A stretch of DNA of 32,000 nucleotides, from the NCBI RefSeq assembly GCF_000018465.1, contig NC_010085.1:1530001-1562000 (forward strand), read 5' to 3'. The translations under genes and the position numbers were made by a program. The stretch comes from Nitrosopumilus maritimus SCM1. Lineage in GTDB: Archaea; Thermoproteota; Nitrososphaeria; Nitrososphaerales; Nitrosopumilaceae. The notes below the pieces were generated by a model, which had not been told where the DNA came from, searched no databases, and saw only the letters and a program-made list of their open reading frames with translations. Below, in pieces: positions 28,251 to 32,000 of this stretch. Numbering within the stretch: position 1 is the first letter of the stretch; each line of letters begins with the position of its first letter.

Positions 28251-29816
28251 CTATTCGTTGACGTATGCTCTTTCGCCGTGTTGAGCCAAATCGAGACCAA
28301 TCTCCTCTTCTTTAGGAGTGACTCTGATTCCGCCTGGCCATACTGCGTCCATTACCTTTAGGATTACAATGGTTATACCAAATGCATATGCAATTGATAC
28401 TGCAGCACCGATGATGCTGATTGCTTGCTGTTCCATTCCTTCTGCAGTGCCAGTCCATGCACCAATACCGTCTCCAGTATCCCATACATGTGGACTTGCT
28501 AATGTACCAGTCAAAATTGCACCGGTAAGACCACCCATTCCATGTATTCCCCATACATCTAATGCGTCATCCCACTTTCTTGCATTCTTGAATGCTACAC
28601 ATGCATAACAAACTGTACCAGCGGCAATTCCCATGATAATTGCAGCCATTGGACCTACCCAACCTGAAGCTGGAGTGATTGTTACCAATCCTGCTACTGC
28701 ACCTGATGCAGCTCCAACAATACTTGGTTTTCCTGTATGTGCCCATGACATCAAGACCCAAGTAACTGCGGCCATACCAGTTGCGGTATTTGTAACAGTC
28801 CATGCGCTGACGGTAATGCCGTCTACCATTACTTCACTACCTGCGTTAAAGCCGAACCATCCGAACCAAAGAATACTTGCACCAAGTACTACCATTGGGA
28901 TGTTGTGTGGCTCCATTGGAACTTTGCCATATCCGAGTCTTCTGCCAAGGACTAAGGCTCCAGCCAATGCTGCAAATCCTGAAGAAATGTGTACTACAGT
29001 ACCACCAGCAAAGTCTAATGCAAACGTTGGCGATAAGTCTGGATCGAGGTCTAATCCACCTCCTCCTATGAAACCGCCTCCCCAGACCCAGTGTGCAATT
29101 GGGTCGTAAACGAAGGTACCCCATAAGAGTACGAATATGACTAATGCGCTGAATTTAATTCTGTCAATTAATCCACCAATGATAAGAATTGGTGTGATAA
29201 TTGCAAAGGTTCCTTGGAACATTGCAAACATTTGGTGAGGAACAGTTCCTGGCCAAGATTGACTACAATATTCGCCTTCCTTAAATTCATTCATCTGATA
29301 AGCTGCTGACCATGTGTCATGACATGGACCAAGTTCACCAATTGGTGCCCAAGCTGATACCATGTTAAATCCAGCATAATCTAGACTTCCCATGAACATG
29401 TTAGCGCCCTCATCCGCGTTAGGAGCAAATGCTAGTGAGTATCCCCATAGAACCCATTGTACTGACATGAGTCCCATAACAATGAGAGTCATACCAAGAA
29501 CGTTGACGATGTTCTTTGATCTGGCTAGACCGCCATAAAAGAAACCGACACCTGGAGACATGAAGAGAACGAGTGATGTTGCGGTAAGCATCCATGCTGT
29601 ATCACCGGTATCGATCATACAAGGTAGCATGCCACCTTCGCCATCATCAAACCAACATTCGTTAGGGTTACCAGTGTAAATTCCACTGGTTCCTTTTACA
29701 TATCCGTCCATACCATCTTCAACACTTTGTGCATATGCCTGAGACATTGCACCTGCTGCTGTGATGGATACTGCGGCTACAAGTAATAGAGCATACTTGT
29801 AGTTCCTAGAATTCAT
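28251..29816 (-). CDS. amt: Ammonium transporter Amt, with signal peptide and extended N-terminal loop
   Basis: GVGFFYGGLARSKNIVN; FAGGTVVHISSGFAALAGALVLG; LWFGWFGFNAGSE; GIHGMGGLTGAILTG. Confidence 0.97.
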   Translation of the reverse strand: MNSRNYKYALLLVAAVSITAAGAMSQAYAQSVEDGMDGYVKGTSGIYTGNPNECWFDDGEGGMLPCMIDTGDTAWMLTATSLVLFMSPGVGFFYGGLARSKNIVNVLGMTLIVMGLMSVQWVLWGYSLAFAPNADEGANMFMGSLDYAGFNMVSAWAPIGELGPCHDTWSAAYQMNEFKEGEYCSQSWPGTVPHQMFAMFQGTFAIITPILIIGGLIDRIKFSALVIFVLLWGTFVYDPIAHWVWGGGFIGGGGLDLDPDLSPTFALDFAGGTVVHISSGFAALAGALVLGRRLGYGKVPMEPHNIPMVVLGASILWFGWFGFNAGSEVMVDGITVSAWTVTNTATGMAAVTWVLMSWAHTGKPSIVGAASGAVAGLVTITPASGWVGPMAAIIMGIAAGTVCYACVAFKNARKWDDALDVWGIHGMGGLTGAILTGTLASPHVWDTGDGIGAWTGTAEGMEQQAISIIGAAVSIAYAFGITIVILKVMDAVWPGGIRVTPKEEEIGLDLAQHGERAYVNE

Positions 29817-29944
29817 TGAATTTATCGAAATTGGATTTTATTTAAGGGTTGGAGACTCAAGAATGTCTAGAAAAGTAAATTATTATATTTTAGTATATTC
29901 TGATAGTAACATAAAATATGGAAATTATGTTAAGGTGATCGCAA

Positions 29945-30610
29945 ATGGGAAAATCAGAGACCAAACTAGCAATTTTTGATACATTCAAAACCAAAGACGA
30001 AGAGTTAACTGGAGAAGCACTACGACAAAGAGCAATTATTGGAATCCTTGCAGGAGATGCAAATCCTGCTGAAAGAACTAGAACAGGGATATCACAAAAT
30101 ATGGCAAAAAAACAAGGAATTGCCTGGAAAAACATCTACTCAGGGATTTTTCGAGATTTGGATGAAATTCTGCTACCAATGGGGATTGCAGAGGAAGACG
30201 GCAGATTACCTCTTCAGAGAGGTCCCAAGGCCCTTCAAGAAAAAGGAATTCCATATTATCATCTCACAAAAAAAGGGATTTTGATCGCTCTTTCAATTAG
30301 CGATATCAAGAATAGAGAAAAATTGCTAAAAGAATTTTTCTCAAAGTCTGAATCTGAAGAAAAAGAGTTTGAAAAGATTCTATCTAGTCTATTAAAGAAT
30401 AGCCCAAAATTTGCATACTCTATTTTTCAAAAATATGTCAAGGCATTTTGCGATAATAAAATTAAGGAATTACTCCCATTTGATCTGACAAAATTGAAGG
30501 AGATTTCAGATGAATCATTGGAAATCCAAAAGGAGATTCTTGTAGCGTTTGTGGAACTCTCAAAGCAGGAAAAAGAGGATGCCATCAAATTTCTAGACAA
30601 AATCACTTAG
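29945..30610 (+). CDS. Conserved-looking hypothetical cytoplasmic protein (possible wHTH N-terminal half)
   Basis: 221 aa; N-terminal half ...IAWKNIYSGIFRDLDEILLPMGIAEEDGRLPLQRGPKALQEKGIPYYHLTKKGILIALSI has a wHTH-like flavour. C-terminal half helical. Confidence 0.7.
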   Translation: MGKSETKLAIFDTFKTKDEELTGEALRQRAIIGILAGDANPAERTRTGISQNMAKKQGIAWKNIYSGIFRDLDEILLPMGIAEEDGRLPLQRGPKALQEKGIPYYHLTKKGILIALSISDIKNREKLLKEFFSKSESEEKEFEKILSSLLKNSPKFAYSIFQKYVKAFCDNKIKELLPFDLTKLKEISDESLEIQKEILVAFVELSKQEKEDAIKFLDKIT

Positions 30611-30669
30611 AATTTGTTCCTATAGAGATCGCCAAACATTAAAATCCGTTACTCATAAACAATTTTCAA

Positions 30670-31704
30670 ATGGGCAAGAACGTCTATGCATCAGTAAAGT
30701 CATACAGCCAAAGAGGAAAATTACTCAGTAGGGCTGATTTTCAGACACTGGCAGAATCAAGAGATCTTGATGAATTTATGACCAGAATAAAGAACACCAT
30801 TTATGGTGATTCAATTAATGATGTTCAAAAACCATATACTTCACAAGGTATTGAATCAGCATTTAGAGGACATTTGGCTGATGTCCATTACTCCATTGCA
30901 AAAACTGCTGGCGATTCTGATATTCTTGATGCATATTATATGAAGTTCATAATTTCAAATCTAAAATTAATACTAAAAGGCAAGGTTTTAGGTAAATCAC
31001 AAGAAGAGATTGAGAATCACATCAATCTACGTGCAGAAGAATTAGTTAAACAACGAGATATCATAATCAAATCCCTTGTTGCAAAAGATCTTGAAGAGGC
31101 AGTTGCAAGTCTAAATTCAGTTCAATTTGGAGATGAGATTGCAAAGGCTGCAACACTTTACAACGAAACAAAAAACATCCAAGTCTTTGACACGTATTTT
31201 GATAAAATTTTGTACCAACAACTAGGACGAGCTTTGAAGAATACAAGAGATAGAGATGTCATAAAGATTGTCGGAATGGATGTTGACTTTTACAATCTTC
31301 TTAGTGTGATTAGAGGAAAATTCTGGGGATTAGAAGAATCACAAATTCAAGATTTGATTGTGACTCAAACTCCAACTGTCCCAAGAGAACTTCTTGGAAG
31401 AATGATGGCAGCAGGTTCAGTCAGAGATGCACTAAATGAGCTTGCCACAACCAAATACAAAGACATGATTCCACAGATGGAAAATGAGTTAGATGCAGTT
31501 GCCGAATTTGAAAGAGCATTTGAGATGAGCATTTATCATTCATCTGCCAGAGCATTTACCAAGATGTTTAGTTTTGCAACAATCATAGGAATCACAAAAC
31601 TAACGGGCTTTGAAGTAAGGAATTTGGCTGCAATTGCATATGCAGTAGAGCAAAAAATTCCTACAGAAACAACAATGTCAAAATTGATTCTTGAAGAAGA
31701 ATAG
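30670..31704 (+). CDS. atpC: A-type ATP synthase subunit C (central stalk, V-type d-like)
   Basis: YASVKSYSQRGKLLSRADFQTLAESRDLDEFMTRIKNT...GMDVDFYNLLSVIRGKFWG...ATIIGITKLTGFEVRNLAAIAYAVEQKIP. Confidence 0.9.
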   Translation: MGKNVYASVKSYSQRGKLLSRADFQTLAESRDLDEFMTRIKNTIYGDSINDVQKPYTSQGIESAFRGHLADVHYSIAKTAGDSDILDAYYMKFIISNLKLILKGKVLGKSQEEIENHINLRAEELVKQRDIIIKSLVAKDLEEAVASLNSVQFGDEIAKAATLYNETKNIQVFDTYFDKILYQQLGRALKNTRDRDVIKIVGMDVDFYNLLSVIRGKFWGLEESQIQDLIVTQTPTVPRELLGRMMAAGSVRDALNELATTKYKDMIPQMENELDAVAEFERAFEMSIYHSSARAFTKMFSFATIIGITKLTGFEVRNLAAIAYAVEQKIPTETTMSKLILEEE

Positions 31705-31712
31705 ATCTGAAA

Positions 31713-31949
31713 ATGATAAAATTTCCAAAGAAGAAAAATGAGATAACAACAGAGACAGTAATCAATACTATTTGGGTCAGTGCATTTATGGCCATGATAT
31801 TTTCATTGCCACCTTTAGCATTATTTTTGGGAATTTACTTTTGGGCAGGTGAATTAGCAATAGGCGCAATTGTTGGCTTTGGAGTACATTTTGTAACATT
31901 AGCATTTGCAGGCAGAATCTCAAAATTTTTGACCAACATAATGAGTTAA
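31713..31949 (+). CDS. Small two-TM membrane protein downstream of atpC
   Basis: 78 aa, two TM segments (VSAFMAMIFSLPPLALFLGIYFW; LAIGAIVGFGVHFVTLAFAG). 8 nt after the atpC stop. Confidence 0.6.
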   Translation: MIKFPKKKNEITTETVINTIWVSAFMAMIFSLPPLALFLGIYFWAGELAIGAIVGFGVHFVTLAFAGRISKFLTNIMS

Positions 31950-32000
31950 CCTATAAGGATCCAATTATCTAAGTGATGTACCATGATGGGAGATAGAGAT

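Noticed and set aside
28633-29109. 158-aa plus-strand ORF antisense to amt (also 28318..28608 and 28312..28554-type shadow ORFs)
   Set aside because: Lies entirely within the strongly conserved Amt coding sequence; composition is that of a shadow frame.
1-32000. CRISPR arrays, toxin-antitoxin or restriction systems, integrases, transposases, tRNA or rRNA genes
   Set aside because: No regularly spaced repeats, recognisable mobile or defence proteins, or tRNA-like cloverleaf segments found by eye; a tRNAscan or Infernal run would be decisive.
31983-32000. Possible start of another gene (ATGATGGGAGATAGAGAT) at the window edge
   Set aside because: Only about six codons are visible, too few to support a call.

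Overview
AT-rich archaeal window. Gene content looks like a Nitrosopumilus-type ammonia-oxidizing thaumarchaeon (Nitrososphaerota): a split A-type ATP synthase cluster, Amt, Orc1/Cdc6, cupredoxins and PEFG-type C-termini. That assignment is inferred from protein content, not from a search. Well supported genes: atpE-A-B-D-(43-aa ORF)-K on the minus strand, atpI divergent, atpC about 6 kb away; divergent pyrB/pyrI; an HtrA-like protease; an Orc1/Cdc6 initiator; a long Amt with signal peptide; nitroreductase and rhodanese genes; a DMT/EamA transporter; two overlapping YnfA/UPF0060 genes; a Lon-N domain protein; and a set of secreted or envelope proteins sharing one beta-rich domain. I found no tRNA, rRNA, CRISPR array or mobile element, and no clear new defence system. 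Best second-look items: (1) the YnfA-like pair with apparently opposite charge bias, which may form an antiparallel heterodimer; (2) envelope paralogs with HGLG N-termini and PEFG/PEFP tails that share a domain with a cupredoxin; (3) a TAGTACAA element about 50 nt upstream of several genes; (4) two decayed gene remnants between 8.4 and 9.6 kb, one of them a cupredoxin tail with its His ligand replaced; (5) small unannotated ORFs, especially a 43-aa ORF coupled to atpD; (6) a regulator fusing an Lrp/AsnC-like HTH to a GAF-like domain.
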